From NCBI GenBank assembly GCA_902500205.1, contig GCA_902500205.1_4868.1: 64,000 bases of DNA; one strand, 5' to 3'. The notes beneath the pieces were generated by a model. The model saw only the letters and a program-made list of their open reading frames with translations, was not told the origin of the DNA and did no database searches. The translations under genes were made by a program, and so were the position numbers. This stretch comes from Escherichia coli (GTDB lineage: Bacteria > Pseudomonadota > Gammaproteobacteria > Enterobacterales > Enterobacteriaceae). Shown here piece after piece: positions 21,045-30,576 of the stretch. How positions within the stretch are numbered: the stretch's first letter is position 1; the number at the start of each line of letters is the position of its first letter.

Positions 21045-22178
21045 ATGATGAACTATGAACGTAAGCACGCGTGGCAAGAAAAGCTACGCACGGGACAGAT
21101 ACATTCTGCCCAACAAGTGAAGATGTGGGTGCTGCCGCACGGCGTCATCTGCGAAATGGTCCAGGTCGGAGGATTACCTATTCTTCGAAATGGTAAATAC
21201 GATTCGATGAACACGGTACTCGCGCGCTTGCTGGCCGATGCAGGCATAATGGGTACCGTGATTTTATATTCAACCGCAACGATTCCCCAGAATCTTTCTC
21301 GCTGGTTAACGCATTGGCTTTCCAATGACCCTGGCGAGGACGATCCGTGGCTACGTTCGATGACAGTGACAACAATGGGTCAACGGCCGACGAAACCCCT
21401 CCCATTCCAGGTCAATGTAATTGAACCAGCTATTCTGGAAGCGGGTGAAGTGTTTGAAGCAATCAAACATCGATCTCGCGATGTTAGCATCAGTCAGTTT
21501 CTTATCGAAGCGAATGATGTGACTTACCGGCTGGAACCTGTACGACGTATGGACGCTCGTATCGTCGACTGCACAGAGTTCGGTTATGTCTTGCGTACAC
21601 AGGGCAACCATACCTTCCTGGCATCGATGCTCTCTCGCCGCGTGCAGGGACAGTTAGCACACTACAAAGTGTCCCCTGCTGACCTCGTCGGTACCGACGT
21701 TAAGGTCGAATACACAATGTTTACCGAAGGGAATCGACTGTGTAATTTTAAGTCTCCGGTAGTCTATCGGAGTAAGGCACTTGATGCCTTAGGCGACCAG
21801 AATGTCCCGACATACGATGGCCCCTATCCGTTTAAATCGCAAGCATCTGCAAACCGTGCGCTCCTTACGGTAACTCGGTGTAAACGCGCAGCGATCACAC
21901 TGACCGACGGGGAAATTTATGGTAAGGACACTGAGTCTGACGCAAAACTCTTTTCGTTCCGGCGTGGTGTGAAACCTGGATTGTATGCCGCGACGTTTGA
22001 AAAGGGGGATGACGTCGAGTTCTGGCAGTTCGACAGCGATTTCGCAGTAGATGCGATTGACCCAGATGCGTTAGTGAGTGTCATCACAGACCAAATCTTT
22101 TACGCGACGGGTATGAACCTGCTGGAAATCTTTTTAATGTACGATGCCAGATTACCTTCACAGTCAGTCAAAACGTAA
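21045..22178 (+). CDS. hypothetical protein (377 aa)
   Basis: GAAGGAG upstream of ATG. Confidence 0.6.
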   Translation: MMNYERKHAWQEKLRTGQIHSAQQVKMWVLPHGVICEMVQVGGLPILRNGKYDSMNTVLARLLADAGIMGTVILYSTATIPQNLSRWLTHWLSNDPGEDDPWLRSMTVTTMGQRPTKPLPFQVNVIEPAILEAGEVFEAIKHRSRDVSISQFLIEANDVTYRLEPVRRMDARIVDCTEFGYVLRTQGNHTFLASMLSRRVQGQLAHYKVSPADLVGTDVKVEYTMFTEGNRLCNFKSPVVYRSKALDALGDQNVPTYDGPYPFKSQASANRALLTVTRCKRAAITLTDGEIYGKDTESDAKLFSFRRGVKPGLYAATFEKGDDVEFWQFDSDFAVDAIDPDALVSVITDQIFYATGMNLLEIFLMYDARLPSQSVKT

Positions 22179-22188
22179 GGAGCCTCCT

Positions 22189-22698
22189 ATGTTTACTGCG
22201 CCAACCATGCGGGTGGAGCAAGGTCTTAACCTGGTGGTACACGACCAGCGGTTAATCGACCTCTGCGACACAAGCATAATTACTGCGATGATGGACCATA
22301 ACCCTTTAGGTGACTACGGAAATACCAGCGAGATTTTGGCTGTTGCTGCCGTCCTCCGTCGTATTTACGGTCAAATAACCATCGTAGATCTCTGTAACTT
22401 CATTGACAACCACAGAGATTTAACTAAAGGGTTGGTCGCACTTACTCAAGATGGGGTGTCAAGTTTTGACAGTTCTCTTGGTAATTTCCTAGACATCGGT
22501 TCCGGGTTCGACTCCGGGCTAATGTTCATCACTCGTGAACGCTACGTCGCCGTCTGGGAATTTCTGCAACGCATGGGTGTGCATGTTCCTGCAAAGATCA
22601 TGCATTACCAAACTTACGACCTGAATATTTTCGGGGAGCCAGGGTTATGGATAAAACCAGTACACCTTGGCCTTGATGGCTACACCATCAAGTGTTAA
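22189..22698 (+). CDS. hypothetical protein (start at ATG 22189)
   Basis: AAGGAG upstream of ATG 22189. Confidence 0.55.
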   Translation: MFTAPTMRVEQGLNLVVHDQRLIDLCDTSIITAMMDHNPLGDYGNTSEILAVAAVLRRIYGQITIVDLCNFIDNHRDLTKGLVALTQDGVSSFDSSLGNFLDIGSGFDSGLMFITRERYVAVWEFLQRMGVHVPAKIMHYQTYDLNIFGEPGLWIKPVHLGLDGYTIKC

Positions 22699-22705
22699 GT
22701 CACTA

Positions 22706-22756
22706 GGCGTACTCTCTTCGGGGAGTACGCCAATCTTATTTTTTTTATTTTTTTGG
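22706..22756 (+). terminator. intrinsic terminator
   Basis: Hairpin GGCGTACTC-TCTTCGG-GGAGTACGCC followed by a long T-run. Confidence 0.7.
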
Positions 22757-23289
22757 TTACTTTTTAACCAACCGGTTAAAGGGGTCTGGGAAGCATCAGA
22801 AAACGATTAGGTGGTATCGACGTAGGGTAGCTCGTTTTTGGCAGTTTATCGTTTTCTAGGGTCTGTTACGTGCGTTTTAGAGGGGGTTATGTATCGAGAC
22901 AGAGAATTTATTTTTGTCGGGGCGAGGAAATTCAGGGAATGGGGATTCAGGATTGTATGTTTTTTAACCAGTTATTAAAAACGCTCTAGAAAGCGCTAGA
23001 ACGAGATTTAACTCAGACCCAGTACACTTGGGTTCCCTATACCGGAAAATCGCGCCAGCGGGCCGCTGAGAGCGCGAGAGAGCCATTCCCGTTTCGGTTC
23101 CGAGGTGACGGTCGCGGCCGGCGACGACGATCACACGTTGGGTAGCACTTCGTGCCATGTCTGGGTGAAAACTGGATCGTTCTGTAACCGACACACACTG
23201 TCGGTTACTTACGAGTTCTTTGGGTTGTTTAATTCACTCTAAAATCCCCCTTAGGGGATAATTTAATCTAATTCTCAAAATTTCTTTTT

Positions 23290-23560
23290 AAAACAATCAC
23301 TTAGATTGTTTTTTAGATTGATCCTGTGGATCGGGTCGAAGACCCTTTCCTTATACGCGTGCGCGTGCGCGCACCCGTATCCTCCAGGATCTTTTAAAAT
23401 ATATAATAATATTAAATATAATAATACCTTTAGGTATTATATTTAATTATTATAATTATTTATATAAATAAATATATTAATATATTAAGATCTTAAAACG
23501 CGTGCGGGCGCGCGCGTGATCCTTATTAAGAGATCGTGATCGGACGGAAGACCGAGATCG
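23290..23560. promoter_or_regulatory. GATC-rich AT island flanked by alternating CG tracts; candidate origin-like or unwinding element
   Basis: 8 GATC sites within 239 bp; a roughly 105-bp almost pure A/T core (23392..23497); flanking tracts ACGCGTGCGCGTGCGCGCAC and ACGCGTGCGGGCGCGCGCGTG; inverted repeat AAAACAATC..GATTGTTTT at 23290..23312. Confidence 0.4.
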
Positions 23561-24467
23561 GGTACCCTGTGTATTTTTTACGTGGTTTCCCTATCGTGTG
23601 TTCAGACCACCACTCGATGTCCAAAAACCCATAGCTTCGGTGGTCGCCTCCCTGGTCGGTAGACTCTGACAAGTCGACCCACACCACCAACCCGTCCGGG
23701 GACGGATTTTTATTCCAACGACAAGCTCCACGAAAATCCCCGCAGAGGGACTCACTGCTGTGTGACTCACCGGCTCCTGGACGCCTACGCCTCGAGCCGG
23801 TAATTTTTTGATTACGTGAGTTTGTTGTTATATGCGAATAGCGATTGACCGCGCCAATGGTCCAATCACTTTTTAAACCCTGCACGCTAGGGCTCCAAGT
23901 CCTGGGATTGATACCCAGGACGCTTTTTCGAAAATACCTGCCGTGGTGTCTTCGACAAAGCGCAATCTAACACTGCGTGATTTATTATGTTCTGGAAAAC
24001 TTTCGCCGTGGAACAGAACCGGTGAGCGTCGGCGGGGATTCCGACAATCACCACCCATTCAGGTACTCGGTAGATAACCGACCTGCCGACGGTGCTACGT
24101 CGGGCGTAGTTCGGTTTGCGAGAGTGTCGAGAAAGTCGACTGCGCACCCATGACAAAATCCGAGTTGACCGTGGCAGCGCCAGAGGACTGGGCAGCGGAG
24201 AGACGTCGTTGAACTTACCTCCGATAGTTATCGCTGATTCCGCTCTGGCGTCGGGCCAAAACTGATTCGAATTCGGCGTTGCGTCGAAAAGGGGTCTGCG
24301 TGTAGAACCGCAGACTTGGGGGATAACTCCAAAGTGGGGTGATCGGATCTTGACGGCTCGGAATAGACGAGAGGGGTGGGTACTCCCGTTGAGAAACGAC
24401 GGTACCTGGCTGATTAAAATTTACAGATTCTGCGTGAGGTATGATAAACCAAACGGAGAATTAAACC

Positions 24468-25043
24468 ATGAACTTGTATCGCGTCGGGTTTTACCGAAAC
24501 GAGATGCCTGAATCGGTTTTGGTTGTCTTAGCCGAAAACGAGGAGCAGGCCAAATCCTTCTGGCCGGTTAGCGCAGAGCGTCCAGCGGTTGCGTGCTGCT
24601 ACGACGGCGCTGTGTCTACCCCGATGGTTACGCCTGGGGTGGTTCTGAAGCAAGGCCGATGGGAAGATTACTCCCATCCCGGTTTGGAGTTTGTTTCCGA
24701 ACCTGCCAGACATTCCTGGGAATTTCCCTCAGGCAACACCGAGACGTATTTCGGATTTCAGGTTAAACAACCTTCGACGCTCAAACTGTACCTGGTGTAC
24801 AGCGACGCCGCTACCGAAGACTACGTCGATTCCGGAATCATCGTCGGGGCAACAACCCCTGCTGCGGCATTCGCACATTGGGACGGTGATAAACCCGGAA
24901 TCGTTTCGGTCTGTGAGCTACCACTTGAAGCCGGTTTGGTTACGAACATCAAGTGTGAGCAAGGCCAGGAGCTGACTTGGATGCGCCAGGATTACCTGAC
25001 GGAAACGACATTCGAATACACACCGAGGAGGGTGACCCAATGA
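24468..25043 (+). CDS. hypothetical protein, translationally coupled to the HslV-like peptidase; N-terminus paralogous to gene 25766
   Basis: ATGA overlap with the next gene; shares MNLY...VV.A..EEQA N-terminal pattern with 25766..26008. Confidence 0.55.
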   Translation: MNLYRVGFYRNEMPESVLVVLAENEEQAKSFWPVSAERPAVACCYDGAVSTPMVTPGVVLKQGRWEDYSHPGLEFVSEPARHSWEFPSGNTETYFGFQVKQPSTLKLYLVYSDAATEDYVDSGIIVGATTPAAAFAHWDGDKPGIVSVCELPLEAGLVTNIKCEQGQELTWMRQDYLTETTFEYTPRRVTQ

Positions 25044-25531
25044 CGACGATAGCGTTCGACGGAAAAGTCTTAGCTGCTGACGGTCAGCTGACCCGCGGGT
25101 CGAATATCTGCAACCTGAACACCCAGAAGTTATTCATCTGCCCTTCTGACGAGGAATGGTGGATTACTGGTGAACGGATTGTGGCGTTCGGAGTAAGCGG
25201 TGACATCACAGGACAGTTGGCCCTGCTGGAAACGGTCCGCTTGAGACCCGGCTACAAGGGATTAACACAAAGCTCGCAGTTACCTACGAAGATGGATTTT
25301 ACTTTCCTGATGCTTTTGGCCTCAGGAAAAGCGATAGTCGGCGGAAAACGTGAAGACGACGTGACGTTGTGGTGGAGTGAAGCCACACCACCTCTGGCAA
25401 CCGGAAGCGGTTACGAGTATGCGTTGGGTGCGATGAAGATGGGCGCGAATGCGGTTCGTGCTGTTGAGATTGCGTCCGAATGCGATATCTACACCGGTGG
25501 TGAGATTAGCACTTACGAATTACGGAGGTGA
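25040..25531 (+). CDS. HslV-like Ntn-hydrolase peptidase (proteasome beta-type fold)
   Basis: Begins MTTIAFDGKVLAADGQ (Thr1 nucleophile exposed after Met removal, as in HslV MTTIVSV..GDGQ); GSGYEYALGAM and CDIYTGGEI match HslV GSGG..A.AA and ICIYTNH regions; GAGGAGG upstream. Confidence 0.75.
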   Translation: MTTIAFDGKVLAADGQLTRGSNICNLNTQKLFICPSDEEWWITGERIVAFGVSGDITGQLALLETVRLRPGYKGLTQSSQLPTKMDFTFLMLLASGKAIVGGKREDDVTLWWSEATPPLATGSGYEYALGAMKMGANAVRAVEIASECDIYTGGEISTYELRR

Positions 25532-25623
25532 ATCATGCGGGAGTCAGAAGCACGCAAGCTTGACCCCATCAATCGCCTGCGATAACGGGGTAGCGCATCC
25601 GTATAAACACGTTCAAGAATTCT

Positions 25624-25699
25624 AGGAAAGTGACGCAATTGGTAGCGTACCGGTCTCCAAAACCGGCTGTTTAGAGTTCGAGTCTCTACTTTCCTGCCA
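25624..25699 (+). tRNA. tRNA-Trp (anticodon CCA), 3' CCA encoded
   Basis: Manual cloverleaf: acceptor AGGAAAG/CTTTCCT, D-stem ACGC/GCGT with GG in loop, anticodon stem CCGGT/ACCGG with loop CTCCAAA, T-arm TAGAG-TTCGAGT-CTCTA. Confidence 0.85.
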
Positions 25700-25765
25700 C
25701 ATTTAGCCAACAAGGCCATGATTCAAAGCAGAATGACACCGAATGTCTAACTGCGGAGAATAATC

Positions 25766-26008
25766 ATGAACTTGTATTTGCTAGAACGAACTGACGATAT
25801 CGGGTATGATGAATTTGATTCCATAATCGTGGCGGCTCCTACGGAGCAAGCCGCGTGTGCAATTCCTCCCGACCGTGGTCATTGGATGGACTGCCGCTGG
25901 TTACCGAAAGAGCGCTGGGATGAAGGGCTTACCCTGACCGTTACCCTTATCGGCACTACGCACTATCCTGCTGGGACCGTCGTTCATGAATCGTTCAATG
26001 CTGGCTAA
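25766..26008 (+). CDS. hypothetical small protein, N-terminal paralog of gene 24468
   Basis: Same leader and MNLY start as 24468; followed by a UUCG-loop hairpin at about 26012..26030. Confidence 0.5.
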   Translation: MNLYLLERTDDIGYDEFDSIIVAAPTEQAACAIPPDRGHWMDCRWLPKERWDEGLTLTVTLIGTTHYPAGTVVHESFNAG

Positions 26009-27047
26009 ACAGTGGGCTTCGGCCCACTAACCCTATTCGAGCCATGATACTTACTCAGATTGTGCGGGTTGATGTCCCGCATGAGCCGGTAGCAGCTCAG
26101 ACCTACGGTAAACCGATAAATCCGTAGCAGCCAGGTACACAAAGCACCAGGTCGCTTGTACAGGATGCTGGGTATCTGACCGGTCATAACCTCATTCGAT
26201 ACGAGACACGTTTATGCATGAAATATTCCAGTACATCAGGATGTTGATTTCAAACGTCCGGTTCTGGGTATTCAATCATGTTTGGTTTACAGGCGATGGG
26301 TTTTCCCGCAAGGGCCCCACTTACAGACTGGCGTCTCCACGACAACCGTCCCTAGGGGACAGGCAAGCACCGGCCCATTAAGCCGCCATGCTACGCCTGT
26401 AAATCCACAATCTGATAACCGAATGGGATTGAGTTCCCAGTGTTAGGGTGACTGTGTGTCACCGTAGGCGCGGTACCTCATACGGCCGGTACGCCACGAA
26501 TGTACGTGATAGCAGGTGGTGCTTGGAGACGCTAAGACCTGACCTTACGGCCAGGCTCAGAAGAAGAAGTTCATCACCCGCATTCAGAAATGAATTTAGG
26601 TTAATTATTGGAAGTGGTGAAATCGTTTACGTGATAACTTAGTAGTATGCAACGAACAATACCAGAGTGACTTTACGAGGTTACTGTGGTATATGTCGGT
26701 GCGCCGGGCAACGTGTTGCCGCAGATAAGCCCGAGGGAGCTGAATGCACTAACACACGCCGGGATGCACCGGCACCTTACAATGGGAGCGCTGTCACCAT
26801 CAGTGATGACAGGAGTGAAGGATTCGTACCTCACTCGACTGGGCGGAAGCCTGGGCGTTCCCCCATCTTCACATCATGGCCGGCTTGCCGGTTCAACGTA
26901 GACGTCTCGTAAGAGATTTCCAGTCAGGCAACTGATAACACACCTAAGCGTCGACCTTGGACGTATGGTGTCTGGTTAAGTCCCCCGAAACGGAAACCAG
27001 TAGGGGTGTGGTACGTTGAGTGTAACTATCATGATGCCATGAACAAT

Positions 27048-27117
27048 GGCTTTGTAGCTCAGGTAGGTAGAGCAGCCTCTTCGAGGAAGGTCGCCGGTTC
27101 GAGACCGGTCAAAGCAA
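27048..27117 (+). pseudogene. tRNA-like element with truncated anticodon arm (degenerate tRNA?)
   Basis: Good acceptor (6 of 7 bp), D-arm GCTC-AGGTAGGTA-GAGC and T-arm GCCGG-TTCGAGA-CCGGT, but the anticodon arm is only CCTC-TTC-GAGG. Confidence 0.3.
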
Positions 27118-27119
27118 GA

Positions 27120-27189
27120 GCAGTGAAGTTAGAGGAATTAACACCCGACTCATAATCGGATATTTCGCGGGTTCGAATCCCTGCCACTT
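27120..27189 (+). pseudogene. tRNA-like element with CAU anticodon loop (degenerate tRNA-Met/Ile-like?)
   Basis: D-arm GTTA-GAGGAAT-TAAC and anticodon arm CCGA-CTCATAA-TCGG are fine, T-loop GGGTTCGAATCCC present, but T-stem and acceptor pair poorly. Confidence 0.3.
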
Positions 27190-27572
27190 GCTCGCCCCAT
27201 TTGTGTTATCCTTATCCCGAAGGCATTCGAAATAAGACGCGTATCCACACACGGGTCAAGGGTAACACGAACCACTTCCGCGGTCACCGTGTCCATTGCC
27301 GCCTACCTGCATGGGCTGTCCTCCGACACGGTGACTTCGGGCCAACTTACAGGCCAGGGCTGTTTGGGTTTTTCTTACGCATCCATCCAGAGCCACCTCG
27401 CGCCCTAGTCTGTATACCCCTTTTCTGTTCCTGGTTTGCCAACTAAATCAATTAAGCCTGGTGCGTTGCCCTGGGAACAGAAAAACTTATTCGGTTACAC
27501 ACCGAACCCACCCACGAGGGATATGTCGTGGACCACCAATAGAAGCAGCAATAGTAGTAAGAAGGAAGCAAC

Positions 27573-28394
27573 ATGTTTACAGTTAAACGTGTAATTGATG
27601 GTGACCGCATTATTACCGAGCATGAAAAGGTTCGTATCGGTGACCGTAAGTCTCGTGTATTCCGCGAGGCATTAAAAATGCTCGAGAACGAGCGCTTCGA
27701 CATCGTTGTCGATGATGAAAAGTTAGCCCTTAATCCGGGGTTAAAACGCGTTGCCCCTGATGTGCCTGATCCGAACACCATGCATTTGTCTGACTACTGC
27801 AGCTGGTCGCACAGATTATATAAAAGTCAGGTTTATGCACACACGTATTTGCGGCAGCTTTTCCCCAACCTTATTATCCCCGATTTGGAAACGGTCGAGG
27901 TGTTTAACTGCAACGCACGCGAGTTTATTAGCTACGTGCTAGATAATAAGGGCAATGCTATCTTGGTACTGGACACAAATTCCAGTATACCTGATGCTGT
28001 GGCTAGCATACGTGGTGAAATCGTCGGTTACGGTACTCCCCCAGAGAAATTAGGCTGGTACAAACCATCTCCTGATAGCGACATGGCGATCATTGTCTAC
28101 ACTCAGGAAGAACTGCAACAAGTCGAATTAGAGCCTGGTCCATCTATCGAGTTCACTGATGTCCAGGAGCAAACGCAGTGGGTTAACGGTGAGTGCGTTG
28201 TTACTGTTTTAAAAGGCGCTCGCCCTGGCGACCGGTCAGTCGATGAACTGATTGGCGCAATGTGCATCGAAGAAGAATCTGGGTACGATCCTGATAACCA
28301 GATCAGTGCCGGTGCGTTGTACGAACTGTTTTATAAAGGCGACGAAGTCTACGTGGTTAACTCTCACGGTAAGACTACCGACGCCCTTCGCTGA
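27573..28394 (+). CDS. hypothetical protein (273 aa)
   Basis: AAGGAAG upstream of ATG; terminator downstream. Confidence 0.6.
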   Translation: MFTVKRVIDGDRIITEHEKVRIGDRKSRVFREALKMLENERFDIVVDDEKLALNPGLKRVAPDVPDPNTMHLSDYCSWSHRLYKSQVYAHTYLRQLFPNLIIPDLETVEVFNCNAREFISYVLDNKGNAILVLDTNSSIPDAVASIRGEIVGYGTPPEKLGWYKPSPDSDMAIIVYTQEELQQVELEPGPSIEFTDVQEQTQWVNGECVVTVLKGARPGDRSVDELIGAMCIEEESGYDPDNQISAGALYELFYKGDEVYVVNSHGKTTDALR

Positions 28395-28484
28395 ATTAGC
28401 TAACGCCCAGTAGCTATGTTCCTGACGATTAGCCCTCGTCTGACCTTGTAAGACCTTGTAGATTTACATGCCAACACCAGGGAA

Positions 28485-28527
28485 GTCCTCACTCTTCGGA
28501 GTGAGGACAACTCTTTTATTTTTTTTG
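28485..28527 (+). terminator. intrinsic terminator
   Basis: Hairpin GTCCTCACTC-TTCG-GAGTGAGGAC plus T-run. Confidence 0.75.
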
Positions 28528-28543
28528 TATTCCAAATATACAC

Positions 28544-28564
28544 AGATAGATATTACCTAAGTGA
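28544..28564 (+). promoter_or_regulatory. phage promoter-like motif, class 1 (AGATAGATATTACCTAAGTGA)
   Basis: Conserved motif copy directly after a terminator and upstream of gene 28618. Confidence 0.5.
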
Positions 28565-28617
28565 GATGAGAAAGCCTCATCTGAATTCTCCCAACTCGAC
28601 TATAAAAGGTATGCATC

Positions 28618-29568
28618 ATGTACAGACCAAGTAATCCTAGCGCTATCGAAGGATTAAACCAGGATGGCTTCAGCCTCGCAGAAGCAACCCGCATTCGACC
28701 TTTCTTACCTCGCAGATTCTTCCCTTTCGGTTCGTTATACAGAACGAACTTTGACGCCTGGGAAGCGATACGTGCTGTAAAAGATGCACTACAGTACAAG
28801 AACTTCGAATTCCGATTTGTGTTCAAATGGGGCAACGGCGAATTGCTCCACTACTTCGGATTCCAACAGAACGAGTTTATTGAGTATACCTCACCTACGT
28901 ACCACACCAGGTTCTTAAGTATCGAATTCGTTCGCCATTTCGGCGATGCACTCTTTACGGAACGTGCGGCAGATGAAAACCATGGACGTAGGCTGGTGTT
29001 AACGAACGGTGGATTACGCATCAAGATGAATCGTTTACGGGAAGCGTATAACCAGCTCATCAATCCTGAACCGGTAATGTTTCCAACAGTCGCAGATTTG
29101 AACGTTACACCACTCCAGCTACCTGTGGATATAGACAAACCGATCCTGGCAATCAGAGCACTGCAGGCAGGTTACGCAAACTGGTATAAAGGGCACAGTC
29201 TCCCGAACACCAGATTGAACATCGAACCGTATGAGTTGTGTTTATTCTTAACTCTACGCAAGCGGTTTGAGCCAGATAACTTAGACTTACGTTATCTGGC
29301 TAAAACAGATAGCGGTAGTTACTACCCAACGACCTGGATGCTAGCGGCTGTACTACCCGGCGGTGAAATTATCGGTAACCCTGTCACCGATGTTCAACAG
29401 TTACCATCACCGTTAGCACCACCGAAGGATTCAATCTATCCATACGCTTCGTGGTACGCGAGTAGTATTGGCGTGAGGTGGTTGATGTTACACGTTCCCG
29501 AAGAGGTCTATAATTTATTCCCGCATGAGCAATGGCTCCGTGCGTATGAAATTCGGTTTGGTTGGTAG
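28618..29568 (+). CDS. hypothetical protein (316 aa)
   Basis: Promoter motif upstream, terminator downstream. Confidence 0.6.
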   Translation: MYRPSNPSAIEGLNQDGFSLAEATRIRPFLPRRFFPFGSLYRTNFDAWEAIRAVKDALQYKNFEFRFVFKWGNGELLHYFGFQQNEFIEYTSPTYHTRFLSIEFVRHFGDALFTERAADENHGRRLVLTNGGLRIKMNRLREAYNQLINPEPVMFPTVADLNVTPLQLPVDIDKPILAIRALQAGYANWYKGHSLPNTRLNIEPYELCLFLTLRKRFEPDNLDLRYLAKTDSGSYYPTTWMLAAVLPGGEIIGNPVTDVQQLPSPLAPPKDSIYPYASWYASSIGVRWLMLHVPEEVYNLFPHEQWLRAYEIRFGW

Positions 29569-29579
29569 TCGATGCTTTT

Positions 29580-29613
29580 GAGGGAACTTCGGTTCCCTCT
29601 TTTTTTCTTTTTT
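29580..29613 (+). terminator. intrinsic terminator
   Basis: Hairpin GAGGGAAC-TTCG-GTTCCCTC plus T-run. Confidence 0.75.
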
Positions 29614-29637
29614 CACGACTGCCTCAGAATCTTATAG
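29610..29637 (+). promoter_or_regulatory. promoter-like motif, class 2 (TTTTCACG..CTTATAG)
   Basis: Near-identical arrangement recurs at 35611..35637, both just after a terminator and 15-25 nt before a start codon. Confidence 0.35.
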
Positions 29638-29649
29638 GAGGAAGTTACC

Positions 29650-30066
29650 ATGATTACGCAGTGCTATTACCAGACGCAAGATTTATTTAAAGCATTGGAA
29701 GAAAATAAGTTACCCACGACTTTAAGACCGCAGTGCAGTTATTCAAGAATGCTTGCAAGTGAGGTCTTTCCGGTGCTAATGCAGTTGCCTCAATTCCAAC
29801 CGTGGCTCGACTCGCTAGATGTGGTAGATGTTGTGGCTATCTACACTGGGTCAGACACACCAACAATAAATACAAGCGAGTGTTTATCCCGTAGCGAATC
29901 GTCGGTGTTAAATGAAATGCCGCAGCTAATGCCTTCTTTATTCGATTCGATGTGCGCTGCAGTTATGCAGAAACGACTACCTTATGAGGAAGTATTCGCC
30001 ATTGTGTTAGACAGCATCCACGCAATGAATTATAAACACTATAAAACCCTCGGAACTTTACACTGA
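29650..30066 (+). CDS. hypothetical protein (138 aa)
   Basis: AGGAGG upstream of ATG. Confidence 0.55.
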   Translation: MITQCYYQTQDLFKALEENKLPTTLRPQCSYSRMLASEVFPVLMQLPQFQPWLDSLDVVDVVAIYTGSDTPTINTSECLSRSESSVLNEMPQLMPSLFDSMCAAVMQKRLPYEEVFAIVLDSIHAMNYKHYKTLGTLH

Positions 30067-30133
30067 CTTTTTTACGGCAGGCACCTATCTTGTAGGGAGT
30101 CTGTGCTGTAATAGATTCCAAAGGAGATGCTCG

Positions 30134-30523
30134 ATGAAAAACAAACTGCGTCCGCTGGACGTGATTATGGCGCATCCGGATACCCTCAAGAAAATTAAAG
30201 TGGTCAACGAACTTGACCGTGGTCTCCTGGATACTATTCAATGGGGTTTTACTTTCCACCCCGATGAAGAGAACAACACGCGTCAATTAGATGTCTGCGA
30301 CGGCGTAGAAATCGATTGGTCTTCTAACGAAGGCTTTGATGATGTCGTCGATTATGTTAAACAAGCCACCGTTCCGCCTGTGTTCCCAGTAGCGGGTTTA
30401 GCGGAACACACAATTTCTCTCCGCCGACTGGTTAACGCTCAACCAGAAATCGTGCGTGAAGGTGAAGCGTGGACGTCAGGCATTACCCACCATCTTAAGG
30501 ATGTGTTGGGTGTTGCCGGTTAA
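30134..30523 (+). CDS. hypothetical protein (129 aa)
   Basis: AAGGAG upstream of ATG. Confidence 0.55.
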   Translation: MKNKLRPLDVIMAHPDTLKKIKVVNELDRGLLDTIQWGFTFHPDEENNTRQLDVCDGVEIDWSSNEGFDDVVDYVKQATVPPVFPVAGLAEHTISLRRLVNAQPEIVREGEAWTSGITHHLKDVLGVAG

Positions 30524-30575
30524 AAAAGAAGAAGTACCTCTACGCGAGTAGAGGTACGGAATCTTTCTTTTTTTT
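30521..30575. terminator. bidirectional intrinsic terminator
   Basis: Hairpin GTACCTCTAC-GCGA-GTAGAGGTAC between A-run and T-run. Confidence 0.7.
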
Positions 30576-30576
30576 G

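Noticed and set aside
23392-23497. AT-rich island as a possible insertion sequence or foreign element
   Set aside because: No transposase or integrase ORF and no direct target-site duplication visible; the symmetry and GATC clustering look regulatory rather than mobile.
23526-24156. Small minus-strand ORFs (60-120 aa) in the long non-coding region
   Set aside because: Overlapping, Arg/Ser/Pro-rich, no ribosome-binding sites; consistent with random frames in GC-rich non-coding DNA.
26448-27446. Small plus-strand ORFs within the tRNA/structured-RNA region
   Set aside because: Arg-rich low-complexity translations spanning obvious RNA hairpins and tRNA-like elements; no start context.
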